A DNA stretch of 64,000 bases from Mobula hypostoma (lineage: Eukaryota), in NCBI RefSeq assembly GCF_963921235.1, contig NC_086097.1, positions 744,001 through 808,000 on the forward strand, read 5' to 3'. The position numbers and the translations under genes are program-made. The notes under the pieces were generated by a model. It was not told the origin of the DNA and searched no databases. It saw nothing but the letters and a program-made list of their open reading frames with translations. This document shows, piece after piece, positions 1 through 12,264 of the stretch; position 1 is the first letter of the stretch; every line of letters begins with the position of its first letter.

Positions 1-652
1 CTCCCGATGTGGCCTTCTATATACTGGTGAGACCCGACGCAGACTGGGAGACCGCTTTGCTGAACACCTACGCTCTGTCCGCCAGAGAAAGCAGGATCTC
101 CCAGTGGCCACACATTTTAATTCCACATCCCATTCCCATTCTGACATGTCTATCCATGGCCTCCTCTACTCTAAAGATGAAGCCACACTCAGGTTGGAGG
201 AACAACACCTTATATTCCGTCTCCAACCTGATGGTATGAACATCGACTTCTCTAACTTCCACTAATGCCCCACCTCCCCCTCGTACCCCATCCGTTATTT
301 ATTTTTATACACACATTCTTTCTCTCACTCTCCTTTTTCTCCCTCTGTCCCTCTGACTATACCCCTTGCCCATCCTCTGGGTTCCCCTCCCCACCTGTCT
401 TTCTCCCCGGACCTCCTGTCCCATGATCCTCTCATATCCCCTTTGCCAATCACCTGTCCAGCTCTTGGCTCCATCCCTCGCCCTCCTGTCTTCTCCTATC
501 ATTTTGGATCTCCCCCTCCCCCTCCCACTTTCAAATCTCTTACTAACTCTTCCTTCAGTTAGTTCTGACGAAGGGTCTCGGCCTGAAACGTCGACTGTAC
601 CTCTTCCTAGAGATGCTGCCTGGCCTGCTGCGTTCACCAGCAACTTTGATGG
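1..652 (+). mobile_element. Penelope-like retroelement 3' portion (GIY-YIG endonuclease C-terminus plus pyrimidine-rich 3' UTR/pLTR)
   Basis: Frame from base 2 reads SRCGLLYTGETRRRLGDRFAEHLRSVRQRKQDLPVATHFN...EEQHLIFRLQPDGMNIDFSNFH* (stop near 265), the YIG-E-T-x-R...R-F-x-E-H pattern of PLE GIY-YIG domains. The UTR recurs at 16695-17130 and 31264-31748. Confidence 0.85.
561..596 (+). ncRNA. Minimal type I hammerhead ribozyme in the Penelope UTR
   Basis: agtt-CTGACGA-agggtctcggcct-GAAA-cGTC-gact: intact catalytic core, stem I agtt/gact, short stem II, palindromic ACGT stem III, GUC cleavage triplet. Confidence 0.75.
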
Positions 653-2205
653 CTGAGGTCTTATAAGCATTTATGATACCCCACGGAGTATTGTGAGCAG
701 TTTTAGGCTTCTTATTTAAGAAATTATAGAAACATAGAAACATAGAAAATAGGTGCAGGAGTAGGCCATTCGGCCCTTCGAGCCTGCACCGCCATTTATT
801 ATGATCATGGCTGATCATCCAACTCAGAACCCAGCCTTCCCTCCATACCCCCTGACCCCTGTAGCCACAAGGGCCATATCTAACTTCCTTTTAAACATAG
901 CTAATGAACTGGCCTCAACAGTTTGCTGTGGCAGAGAATTCCACAGATTCACCACTCTCTGTGTGAAGAAGTTTTTCCTAATCTCGGTCCTAAAAGGCTT
1001 CCCCTCTATCCTCAAACTGTGACCCCTCGTTCTGGACCTCCCCAACATCGGGAACAATCTTCCCGCATCTAGCCTGTCCAATCGCTTTAGGATCTTATAC
1101 GTTTCAATCAGATCCCCCCTCACTCTTCTAAATTCCAACGAGTACAAGCCCAGTTCATCCAGTCTTTCTTCATATGAAAGACCTGCCATCCCAGGAATCA
1201 ATCTGGTGAACCTTCTTTGTACTCCCTCTATGGCAAAGATGTCTTTCCTCAGATTAGGGGACCAAAACTGCACACAATACTCCAGGTGTGGTCTCACCAA
1301 GGCCTTGTACAACTGCAGTAGTACCTCCCTGCTCCTGTACTCGAATCCTCTCGCTATAAATGCCAGCATACCATTCGCCTTTTTCACCGCCTGCTGTACC
1401 TGCATGCCCACTTTCAATGACTGGTGTATAATGACACCCAGGTCTCGTTGCACCTCCCCTTTTCCTAATCGGCCACCATTCAGATAATAATCTGTTTTCC
1501 TATTTTTGCCACCAAAGTGGATAACTTCACATTTATCCACATTAAATTGCATCTGCCATGAGTTTGCCCACTCACCCAACCTATCCAAGTCACCCTGCAT
1601 CCTCTTAGCATCCTCCTCACTGCTAACACTGCCACCCAGCTTCGTGTCATCCGCAAACTTGGAGATGCTGCATTTAATTCCCTCATCCAAGTCATTAATA
1701 TATATTGTAAACAACTGGGGTCCCAGCACTGGCGTTGGACAGAATCCAGAGGAGGTTCACGAGAATCATCCCAGGAATGAAAGAGTTAATATATGAGGAG
1801 CAATTGATGGTCCTGCCCCGTACTAGCTGGAATTTAGAAGAACAAGGGGATATCACATTGAAATTTGATACAATAGATGTGGAGAGGATGTTTCATATAG
1901 CGGGTGAGCCCAGGACCAGCGAGCGCAGCTTCAGAATTGAAGAACACTCATTTAGAATGGAGATGAACAAAAGATTTCCTTAGCCCGAGGATGGTGAATA
2001 AGTGGAATTCTTTGCCACAGTGCAGGCCAAGTCATTGGACATATTTAAGGTGAGGGTTGATAAGTTCTTGAATAATCAAATGATCAAAAATTAGAGAGAA
2101 GGCAGAAGAATGGGGCTGAGAGGAAAATGGATGTGATGAAGTGGCAGAGCAAACTCGCTGAGCCAAATGGCCTAATTCTGCTCCTAGGTCTTATTTATGG
2201 TGTTA
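653..2205 (+). mobile_element. Old CR1 LINE 3' fragment split by a younger CR1
   Basis: Degenerate LYKA..PH.EYCEQF..YLRK at 653-723 resumes at 1731 with LDRIQRRFTRIIPGM; CR1 3' UTR and tail near 2200. Confidence 0.75.
724..1730 (-). mobile_element. Young 5'-truncated CR1 LINE (RT C-terminus, uninterrupted 301-aa frame)
   Basis: ORF 824-1729 with LGPQLFTIYINDLD...KFADDTK...RPHLEYCVQFW; (TTCTATGT)n tail at 725-748; near-identical to 40465-41475. Confidence 0.95.
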
Positions 2206-2219
2206 TGCCACTCTAACCA

Positions 2220-2585
2220 CAAGCGACAAGATTTAGGAGCAGAATTAGGCCATTTGGCCCATCGTGTCTGTTTCACCATTTCATCATAGTTAATTTATTA
2301 TCCTTCTCAATCCCATTCTTCTGTCTTCTCCCTGTAATCTTTGACACCCTGTCTAATCAAGAACCTATGCACCTCTGCCTTAAATATACCTAATAACCTG
2401 GCCTACACCAGCCATATGGTGGCAACTAATTCCACAGGTTCACCACCCACTGGCTAAAGAAATTCCTCCTCATCTCTGTTCTAAATGGACAGCCCTCCAT
2501 TCTAAAGCTGTGCCCTCTGGTCTTAGACTCCTCCACTTGGAGACATTCTCTCCACATCCACTCTATCTAGGTCCTTCACATTAGT
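2220..2585 (-). mobile_element. CR1 3' fragment
   Basis: CR1 3' UTR (ggagcagaattaggccatttggccc) and decayed DLDRVDVERM coding remnant. Confidence 0.75.
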
Positions 2586-2654
2586 GAAAATGTAACTCCT
2601 GTTGGAAAATGACTTTGACATGATCAGCTGACCCAAACTATAATTTGGGTCACT

Positions 2655-3365
2655 GAGACGCATGGGAATCCTCATGAAGGATTCCCCAAAGGTTAATTTG
2701 CATATTGAGTCAGCAGTGAGTAAAACAAATGCAACGTTAGCATTCATTTTGAGGGGCCTAGAATATGAAAGCAAGGTTGTAATGCTGAGTTTTATAAGGC
2801 ACTGGTAAGACCTCATGGAGTATTGTGAGCAGTTTTGGACCCCTTATCTAAGAAATGATGTGTTGAGATTGGAGAGGGTACTGGGGAGGTTCACGAGAAT
2901 GATTCCGGGAATGAAAGGTTTACCATTGAGGAGTGTTTGATGGCTCTGGGCCTGTACTTGTTGGAATTCAGAACAATGGGGGGGGGCGGAATCTCATGGA
3001 AACCTATTGAATATTGAAAGGCCTAGATAGAGTGGATGTGGAGAGGATGTTTTCTAATGCCTAGGACCAGAACACATAATCAGAGTGGAGAGGCGTCCAT
3101 TTAGAACAAAGATGAGGATGAATTTCTTTAGCCAGAAGGTGATGAATCTGTGTGATTCGTTGCTACAAGCGGCTGTGGAGGCCAGGTCATTGGGTGTTTT
3201 AAGGCAGAGCTTGATAGATTCTTGATTTGTAAAGGCGTGAAAGATTACGGGGAGAAAGCAGGAGAATGGAATTAAGAGGGAAATGGAAAAGCCATGATCA
3301 AATGGAAGAGCAGACCCAATGGGACGAATGGCCTAATTCTGCTCCTACGTCTTATGGTCTTATAA
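2655..3365 (+). mobile_element. Decayed CR1 3' fragment
   Basis: RT C-terminal remnants, 3' UTR ending cttatggtcttat. Confidence 0.8.
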
Positions 3366-3539
3366 TGAGAACACTACACTGCAATAGGGCACATCAGACA
3401 AGTTATGAGGAGGTAGATGGTCCGTTTCCCAATGAGCTGGACTTCCAGTGATAACAGCTACAAGCAGTTCAAATGTGCAAACCACATTTTATTCATTAAT
3501 AATACCTGAAGACAGGCACGGGTTCTACATTATTGTAAT

Positions 3540-3730
3540 TGAAAAACAAAAAGTATTAGAAAACTTAGCAAATGAGGTATAATCTGCAGAGTAGAAAATA
3601 GAATTAATATTCTGTAGGACTGACAAAAGATCATTGACCTGAAATATTAATTCTGATTTTTACTCCACAGATGTTGCTAACCTGCAGAGCGTTGTCAGAA
3701 TTCTCTGTCTTAACTTTGCATTAACATCTA
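3540..3730. mobile_element. Old fold-back Penelope-UTR remnant
   Basis: Degenerate inverted arms around ctgacaa-aagatcattgacct-gaaatatt, a decayed hammerhead-like core. Confidence 0.45.
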
Positions 3731-3806
3731 CAGTATTTGGTTTTGTAACCTATTCTATCAGAACACCCGGAACAGATCAAACCAGAATAAATTAGTAAAT
3801 GCATAC

Positions 3807-4010
3807 CAGCCAGAGGATGAAATTAATGGTAAGTACAGTGGGAACGCCTCCAAATGGCAGCCCCTGAAGGACAGTGCTATGGGATCGCGCACTGTAGCAA
3901 TGTTCCACTGTTTCATTGGTCAGCGAGTCGAGGAAGCTGAGGAAACCCAGGTTATGTTCAGGTCTGCTGCTTAGAGCTTGTGGGGAAAGCTGGAGTGTAG
4001 AGCCGTCCAT
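3807..4010 (-). CDS. TMEM63C: First coding exon of a TMEM63/CSC1-like (OSCA family) mechanosensitive cation channel, most similar to TMEM63C
   Basis: 68 codons MDGSTLQ...[38 protein letters not shown]. The [18 protein letters not shown] motif is the TMEM63 N-terminal signature, and the following N-x-x-L-W pattern fits the C paralogue. Phase-0 donor CTG|GTATGC after 3807; acceptor tttgtctgcacag|G at 4045; in-frame TAG immediately before the ATG. Confidence 0.88.
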
Positions 4011-4694
4011 CTAAAGTCCACTGCCAACGTCACAAGCTGGCGTACCTGTGCAGACAAATGTTTTATACGGAGGTCAATATGGATCATGGGTGAGTCTGGG
4101 CAGCTAGACCAGTACAGAGACATAGAAACTCCACGCCATGGTCTTCTACAGCTACCTTGGGAAGTGTCCTTTTCCTGTACTTTTCTATCTTCTATGTTCT
4201 AGATGTCAATATGGAATGTGAGTGAGTCCAGGTAGCCAGACCAGTAGAAAATCACAGAAATGTACAACACAGAATCCCAGTGCTTCCATCCTGAACATGA
4301 TGTCCATCTACACTATCCATGGGGAAGTTCACAATATAATGAGCGAGGTGTTGAATGCCTTAAAATGTATCTCTAAGGCTTGACCAGGTATATCCAACAA
4401 CACTGTGGAGGGCTAGAGAAGAAATTGTGGGATCCCCGGCTGAAATACTTGCATCACCATTAGCCATGAGTGAAGCGTTAGAAGATCAGAGGGTAGTGAA
4501 TACTGTGCCTTTTATTTAAGAAAATGGTAAAGAAAAACCTTGGAAATATAGACTAGTAAGTCTAACATCTATGATAGGTAAGTTAATGGAGAGTATTCTG
4601 AGGGATAAAACATACATAAATCAGGAAAAACTTTGGTTGATTAGAGGAATTCAGCATGGCCCTGTGCACAGGAGATCATATCTTACAAATTTGA

Positions 4695-4812
4695 TGCTGG
4701 AGGAACTCAGCAGGTCTATGGAGAGGAATAAGTGATTGATGTTTTGGGCTGAGACACTTCATCAGGACTGGAAAGGAAGTGGAAAGAAGCAGAATAAGAA
4801 GGGGGAGGGTGC
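4695..4812 (-). mobile_element. Penelope UTR fragment with degenerate hammerhead
   Basis: Reverse complement cagtc-CTGATGA-agtgtctcagccc-AAAA-catc; tgctggaggaactcagcagg terminus. Confidence 0.65.
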
Positions 4813-4844
4813 CGTATGAAGGTCCACATACCTCCTCTGTAAAC

Positions 4845-5445
4845 AGAGTTTTTAGAGCACCAAGTTCCTGGAGTTCACATCACAGGTGACCTCACCTGGT
4901 CTCTAAATATCACCACCATGAACAAGAAGGCACAGCAACATCACCACAAGCAATGCTCCCCTCCCCCCTCCCCACCATCTTAACTGCATTTTACAGGCAC
5001 ACCATTAAGAGCATCCTGACAAGTTGCATCTCCATTTGGTATGGGAGCAGCTGTGCATCAGACTGGAAGTGCCCACAAAGGACCATGAGAACGGCTGAGA
5101 GGATCATAGGGGTCTCTCTACTATCCACTGGGGGCATTTTATTAGGAGTGCAGCATACGCAGGCCTTTAGCATTATTAAGGATCCCACCCATCTATCCAG
5201 CATCCTCTTTGACTTTCTAACATCAGGCAGGAGACTCCGGTTTGAATAAACAAAAAAAGTCTGGACAGTAAACAGTTTCTTCCTTAGGCCATTAGGCTTC
5301 TACACTCCACGCTGCATCACATTCAAAGTATTACTGGTTGATCTGTTCTATACGTTACAACATTTAATTTATGCATTTTAGTTTGTCATTTATGTGCGAT
5401 TCATCAGATTTTATTCTTACTTTCATAACTTGTAACAAAACACAC
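4845..5445 (+). mobile_element. Rex1/Babar-type LINE 3' fragment
   Basis: KFLGVHIT.DLTWS remnant and ILTAFYRHTIKSILTSCISIWYGS...QRTMRTAERIIG, typical of the Rex1/Babar RT C-terminus. Confidence 0.75.
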
Positions 5446-5937
5446 TGATGGATGTAACAAAACTCACTGATGAAGGTAGAACAATAGATGTAGTGTATAT
5501 GGATTTCAGTACGGCATTTGATAAGGTTCCCCATGCAAGGCTCCTTCAAAAAGTACAGAGGCATGGGATCCAAGGAGACCTTGCTTTGTGGATCCAGAAT
5601 TGGCTTATCCAAAAAGGCAAAGGGTGGTTGGAGATGGTTTGTATTCTGCATGAAGGTCGGTGACCAGTGGTGTTCCACAGGGATCTGTTCTGGGACCCCT
5701 CCTCTTTGTGATTTTTATAAATGACCTGGATGAAGAAGTAGAAGGGTGGGTTAGTAAGTTTGCTGATGACACAAAGGTTGGGGGTGTTGTGGATAGTCTG
5801 TAGTGTTGTCAGAGGTTACAGTGGGACATTCATAGGATGTAGAACTGGGCTGACAAGTGGCAGATGGACTTCAACCCAGATAAGTGTGAAGTGGTTCACT
5901 TTGGTAGGTCTAATTTGAAGACAGAATATAATATAAG

Positions 5938-8781
5938 ACAGTAAGGTAGAAGGGCTGAAATGTATGTACCTCAATGCAAGAAGCATCAGGAACAAAGGTG
6001 ATGAACTGAGAGCTTGGATACATACATGGAATTATGATGTAGTGGCCATTACAGAGACTTGGCTGGCACCAGGGCAGGAATGGATTCTCAAAATTCCTGG
6101 ATTTCAATGCTTTAAAAGGGATAGAGAGGGCGGAAAAAGGGGAGGAGGGGTGGCATTACTGGTCAGGGATACTATTACAGCTACAGAAAGGGTGGGTAAT
6201 GCAGCAGGATCCTCTTTTGAGTCAATATGGGTGGAAGTCAGGAACAGGAAGGGAGAAGTTACTCTATTGGGGGTATTCTATAGGCCCCCTGGTAGCAGCA
6301 GAGATACAGAGGAGCAGATTGGGAGGCAGATTTTGGAAAGGTGTAAAAATAACAGGGTTGTTATCATGGGTGACTTTAACTTCCCTAATATTGATTGGCA
6401 CCTGATTAGTTCCAAGGGTTTAGATGGGGCAGAATTTGTTAAGTGTGTCCAGGATGGATTCCTGTCACAGTATGTGGACAGGCCGACTAGGGGGAATGCC
6501 ATACTAAATCTCGTACAAGGTAATGAACCGGGTCAGGTCACAGATCTTTCAGTGGGTGAGCATCTGGGAGACAGTGACCACCGCTCCCTGGCCTTTATAA
6601 TTATCATGGAAAAGGATAGAATCAAAGAGGACAGGAAAATTTTTAATTGGGGAAAGGCAAATAATGAGGCTATAAGGGTAGAACTTGCGGGTGTGAATTG
6701 AGATGATGTTTTTGCAGGGAAATGTACTATGGACATGTGGTCATGTTTAGAGATCTCTTGCGAGATGTAAGGGATAAATTTGTCCCAGTGAGGAAGATAA
6801 AGAATGGTAGGGTGAAGGAACCATGGGTGACAAGTGAGGTGGAAAATCTAGTCAGGAGGAAGAAGGCAGCATACATGAGGTTTAGGAAGCAAGGATCAGA
6901 TGGGTCTATTGAGGAATATAGGGAAGCAAGAAAGGAGCTTAAGAAGGGGCTGAGAAGAGCAAGAAGGGGGCATGAGAAGGCCTTGGCGAGTAGGGTAAAG
7001 GAAAACCCCAAGGCGTTCTTCACATGTGAAGAAAAAAAGGATGACAGGAGTGAAGGTAGGACTGATTAGTGATAAAGCTGGGAAGATGCGCCTGGAGGCT
7101 GTACAAGTGAGCGAGGTCCTCAATGAATGCTTCTCTTCAGTATTCACCAATGAGAGGGAACTTGAGGATGGTGAGGACAATATGAGTGAGGTTGATGTTC
7201 TGGAGCATGTTGATATTAAGGGAGAGGAGGTGTTGGAGTTGTTAAAATACATTAGGACAGATAAGTCCCCGGGGCCTGACGGAATATTCCCCAGGCTGCT
7301 CCACGAGGTGAGAGAAGAGATTGCTGAGCCTCTGGCTAGGATCTTTATGTCCTCGTTGTCCACGGGAATGGTACTGGAGGATTGGAGGGAGGCGAATGTT
7401 GTTCCCTTGTTCAAAAAAAATAGTCGGGATAGTCCGGGTAATTATAGACCAGTGAGCCTTACGTCTGTGGTGGGAAAGCTGTTGGAAAAGATTCTTAGAG
7501 ATAGGATCTATAGGCATTTAGAGAATCATGGTCTGATCAGGGACAGTCAGCATGGCTTTGTGAAGGGCAGATCGTGTCTAACAAGCCTGATCGAGTTCTT
7601 TGAGGTGACCAGGCATATAGATGAGCGTAGTGCAGTGGATGTGATCTATATGGATTTTAGTAAGGCATTTGACAAGGTTCCACACGGTAGGCTTTTTCAG
7701 AAAGTTAGAAGGCATGGGATCCAGGGAAGTTTGGCCAGGTGGATTCAGGATTGGCTTGCCTGCAGAAGTACATTCAGATTGGAGGATTGTGACTAGTGGT
7801 GTCCCACAAGGATCTGTTCTGGGACCTCTACTTTTCGTGATTTTTATTAACGACCTGGATGTGGGGGTAGAAGGGTGGGTTGGCAAGTTTGTAGACGACA
7901 CAAAAGTTGGTGGTGTTGTAGATAGTGTAGAGGATTGTCAAAGATTGCAGAGAGACATTGATAGGATGCAGAAGTGGGCTGAGAAGTGGCAGATGGAGTT
8001 CAACCCGGAGACGTGTGAGGTGGTACACTTTGGAAGGACAAACTCCAAGGCAGAGTACAAAGTAAATGGCAGGATGCTTGGTAGTGTGGAGGAGCAGAGG
8101 GATCTCGGGGTACGTATCCACAGATCCCTGAAAGTTGCCTCACAGGTGGATAGGGTAGTTAAGAAAGCTTATGGGGAGTTAGCTTTCGTAAGTCGAGAGA
8201 TAGAGTTTAAGAGTTGTGATGTAATGATGAAGCTCTATAAAATTCTGGTCAGGCCACACTTGGAGTATTGTGTCCAGTTCTGGTCACCTCACTATGGGAA
8301 GGATGTGGAAGCATTGGAAAGGGTACAGAGGAGATTTACCAGGATGCTGCCTGGTTTAGAAAGTATGGATTATGATCAGAGATTAAGGGAGCTCGGGCTT
8401 TACTCCTTGGAGAGAAGGAGGATAAGAGGAGACAAGATAGAGGTGTACAAGATAATAAGAAGAATAGATAGAGTGGATAGCCAGCGCCTCTTCCCCAGGG
8501 CACTACTGCTCAATACAAGAGGACATGGCTTTAAGGTAAGAAGTGGGAAGTTCAAGGGGGATATTAGAGGAAGGTGTTTTACTCAGTGGTTGGTGTGTGG
8601 AATGCACTGCCTGAGGCAGTGGTGGAGGCAGGTACACTAGTGAAGTTTGAGAGACTACTAGACAGGTATATGGAGGAATTTAAGGTGGGGGCTTATATGG
8701 GAGGCAGGGTTTGTGGGTCAGCACAACATTGTGGGCCGAAGGGCCTGTACTGTGCTGTACTGTTCTATGTTCTATGTTCTA
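5938..8781 (+). mobile_element. CR1 LINE, nearly whole ORF2 (APE + RT), frameshifted
   Basis: ORFs 5964-6701 (YLNARS, ITETWL, GDFN, SDH), 7026-7796 and 7669-8640; (TTCTATG)n tail. Same subfamily as 18711-21110, 34176-36020 and 47986-51077. Confidence 0.95.
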
Positions 8782-9836
8782 AAATAGGGCAAAGCCAACA
8801 TGGTTTCCTTAAGGGAAAATATTACCTTCCAAATCTGTTGGAATTCTTTGAAGAAATAACAAGCAGGATAGACAAAGGTGAATCAGAGCATGTTGTGTAT
8901 TTGGATTTTCAGATGGCCTTTGACAAGGTGCCATGAATGAGATTGCTCAACTTATGTAGGTTGATTAACTTATCAGAGACTTATGGAGAAGAGGAGTTCA
9001 GTGGGTAATAAAATGGACGAGTTCACGGTGCTAGCCAGGAGTCAGAGAACATTTCGGGAGTGCACTGTTATGTGTTTCACTGGAATGGGGCTGCACGAGG
9101 ACATACCCAATCAAATCTTTTCCATGGACGGCTTCCAGACCATTCGGGCTGACCGGAAGTGCACTGAGAGCGGTAAGCGTAAAGGAGTTGGGTGCTTACT
9201 GTTCTGGTTAACAACGGATGGTGCAATCTGGGTCATATTACGATCGAGGAACGTGTTTGTAGACCGGATATTGAACTTTTTGCTGTTGGACTTTGGCCAT
9301 ATTCCACCAAGATACAACACTGGGCGGCACGGGAGGTCATTCCTGCCTATGGCCATCGAACTTGCAGCTCCTCCCGTGGAGGGTCAGACACCCTGAGCCA
9401 ATAGGCTGGTCCTGGACTTATTCTCCATCTGGCATAGTTTGCATTTTGTTGTTTGATTGTTTGTGGTTTTTGTATTGCTATATTTATGTTCTCTTCTTGG
9501 TTGGTGTGGCTGTAACGAAACCCAATTTCCCTTGGGATCAATAAAGTATATCTATCTATCTATCTATCTACCTATCTATCTACCTATCTATCTAACATGT
9601 TAACAGCCCATGGTATTACAAGAAAGATTCTGGCATGGATAGAGAATTGGCTGATTTGCAGGAGGCGAAGTGTGGGAATAAAGTGAGCCCTTTCTGGTTG
9701 GCTGTGGGAGGATACTTATGTTCCACAGGGGTCTGTGTTGGGACTGCTTCTTTTTACATTTTAATGATTTGGATGACAGAATTGATGGTTTGTGGCCAGG
9801 TTTGCAGACAATATGAAGATAGTAGAGGGAAAGGTA
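8782..9836 (+). mobile_element. CR1 RT fragment split by a Rex/Babar insert
   Basis: IGQSQHGFLKGK...VVYLDFQMAFDKVP at 8782-8960 resumes near 9597 with AHGIT. Confidence 0.75.
8962..9596 (+). mobile_element. Internally deleted Rex1/Babar-type element
   Basis: APE N-terminus (SVGNKMDEF...RECTVMCFT...DGFQTIRADR...SGKRKG) joined near 9302 to the extreme RT C-terminus (PRYNTGRHGRSFLP), 3' UTR, AATAAA and (TATC)n tail. Confidence 0.75.
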
Positions 9837-9837
9837 G

Positions 9838-11604
9838 TTGGCCTCCACAGCTGCGTGTAGCAACAAATTCCACAGATTCACCACTCTCTGGCTTAAGAAA
9901 TACCTTCTCATCTCCATTCTAAAAAGGCACCCCTCTACTCTAAGGCTGTGACTTCTAGTCTTAGACTCTCGCACCATAGGAAACATCCTCTCCACATCCA
10001 ATCTATTAATGTCTTTCACTATTCGATAGGTTTCAATGAGGTCACCCCTCATTCTTCTGAATTTCAGTGAATGCAGTCCCAGAGCCATCAAACACTCTTC
10101 ATATGACAAACCATTCAATCCTGGAATCATTTTCATGAACCTCTTTTGAATCCTCTCCAGTTTCAGCACATCCTTTCTAAGATAAGGGGCCCAAGCCTAC
10201 TCACAATACTCACCAGTGCTTTATAAAGTCTCAACATTACGTCCTTGCTTTTATATTCTATTCCTCTTAAAATGACTGCTAACATCATCATCACAGACCC
10301 AACCTGCAAATTAGGAAATCCTGCACAAGGATTCTCAAGTTATTCCCAAGTTCCTTTGCACCCCAGTTTTTTTATATTTTCTCTCCATTTAGAAAATAGT
10401 CAACCCTTTCATTTCTTCTACGAAAGGGCATAACGATACACTTCCCAGCACTGTATTCCACTTATTTCTTTGACCATTCTCCTAAAATAAGTCCTCCTAA
10501 AGCCTGACTACTTGCTCAAAACTACCTGCCTCTCCATCTATCTTCATATCACCCACAAACTTTGCTAAGCCTCCTTTTATTCCCACTCTTTGCCTCCTGC
10601 CAATCAGCCACTGCTTATCCAAGTTAGAACCTCTCCTGTAATACCATGTGCTCATAGCTTGTTAAGTACCTTCAAGTGTGGCACTTCTCAAAGGCCTTCT
10701 GAAAATCCTTGTTGGGGTAATGGTGGTATAATTTGTCCAGCTGTGCTGATCACCCCATCCTTAACTAAGCTGTTCCACCGTGAACATGATCTGTTATGAG
10801 TCAACATGATGCTTTCAGATCAGGTCATGCACAGCACATACCTCCGCCGCACTGCTCAGGTGTGTTTCTGGGGTACAGGGGCTAGCGACCCTTGTGCCTG
10901 TTCTATGCTGAGCAGCAGTGAACCATCTGATTGGCCTATCAGAGTTCTCTTTGGGAACTAGTTAACCTGATCAGCATTTCTGCTCTGGCCATTGTTCACG
11001 ATTGCACTTAATTTTTAAAAAAAAGTACACAACATCGACCGATTCTTTCTTGTCTATCCTGCTTGATACTTCTTCAAATAATTCCAACAGATTCGTCAGG
11101 CAATATTTTTCCTTGAGAAAACCATGCTGACTATGGCCTATTTTATCATGTGCCCCCATTTACCCCAAGACCTTATCCTTAATAATCGACTTCAACATCC
11201 TCCCAATCACTGAAGTCAGACTAACAGGGTAGTTTCCTTTCTTCTGTGTCTCTCCCTTCTTGGAAAGTGAATGTCATTTGTAATTTTCCAGTCTTCCAGA
11301 ACCATCCCAGAATTCAGCGATTCTTGGAAGTTCATTACTAGTGCATCCATGATCTCTTCAGCCACCTCTTTCAGAACTCTGGGCATTACACTCTCTGGTC
11401 CAGACCTTTAAGTTTCCCCAAGATCCTTCTCTCTAGTTATGTAACTTCACACACTTCATGCCTCGATACCTGGAACTTCCACCATACTGCTAGTGTCTAC
11501 CACAGTGAAGACTGATGCAAATACTTATTCAGTTCGTCCGTTATTTTGTTGCCCCCATTACTGCCTCTCCAGCATTGTTTTCCAGCAGTCCAATGTCCAC
11601 TCTG
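9838..11604 (-). mobile_element. Decayed CR1 RT region
   Basis: ERIQKRFMKMIPGL and HSQHGFLKEKYCLTNLLE remnants; interrupted at 10710-11020. Confidence 0.8.
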
Positions 11605-11853
11605 AAGAAACCAGAGATAGAGGGTGGTGAATCTGTGGAATTCTTTGCCATAGGCGGATGTGGAGGCTGAGTCTTCACATATACGTACTTAAGGCAGAGG
11701 TTGATACATTCTTGATCATTCCAGGTGTAAAAAGTTACAGGGAGAAGGAGAGAGATTGGTCTGACAGAGAAATGGATCAGCCATGATGAAATGGTGGAGC
11801 AGACTCGATGGGTCAAATGGCCTAATTCTGCTCCTATATCTTATGGTCTTATG
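11605..11853 (+). mobile_element. CR1 3' end
   Basis: gagggtggtgaatctgtggaattc...ctcctatatcttatggtcttatg tail. Confidence 0.75.
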
Positions 11854-12264
11854 TTCATATTACAGATCACTCAGGACAATGGGGCAGTGTAGATAACAGA
11901 CACTGTGGGGAGTGCGGCAAAGTGGATAGTGGGACAGTGTGGATAACGGATCTGTACTGAAGAACTCGGGCGCAGAGTAACTGGAGACGGGTATAAAACA
12001 CTGCTGACAGCTTATTCAAAGAATCAACAAAGATGCACAGGTCATTTGGAATGAACGTCGCTATGGAAAGTCTCGTTCAAGACTGAGAAACAAGTGCTGA
12101 GTTGCGTAACCTAAACAGTACAAGATCACATGAGTAAACTTCAGAGAGCAATTAACAGGTAAAACAAGCCACAATTAGGTAAATTAACGATATTCAGGTG
12201 AAGTAAAGTGCCGAGGTCTGGGGCCCTTGGGAGACTCCTGCTGATTCAAAGGGTCTATGACAAG

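Larger units (their letters stand above)
4320..5935 (+). mobile_element. Old CR1 RT region interrupted by Penelope and Rex/Babar inserts
   Basis: Decayed YRLVSLTS...QHG at 4550-4690 resumes at 5448 with DVVYMDFSTAFDKVPH. Confidence 0.75.

Noticed and set aside
11880..12250. TATA-like site (tataaaa near 11991) and a short direct repeat in unique sequence
   Set aside because: The motifs are too short to support a promoter call without data.
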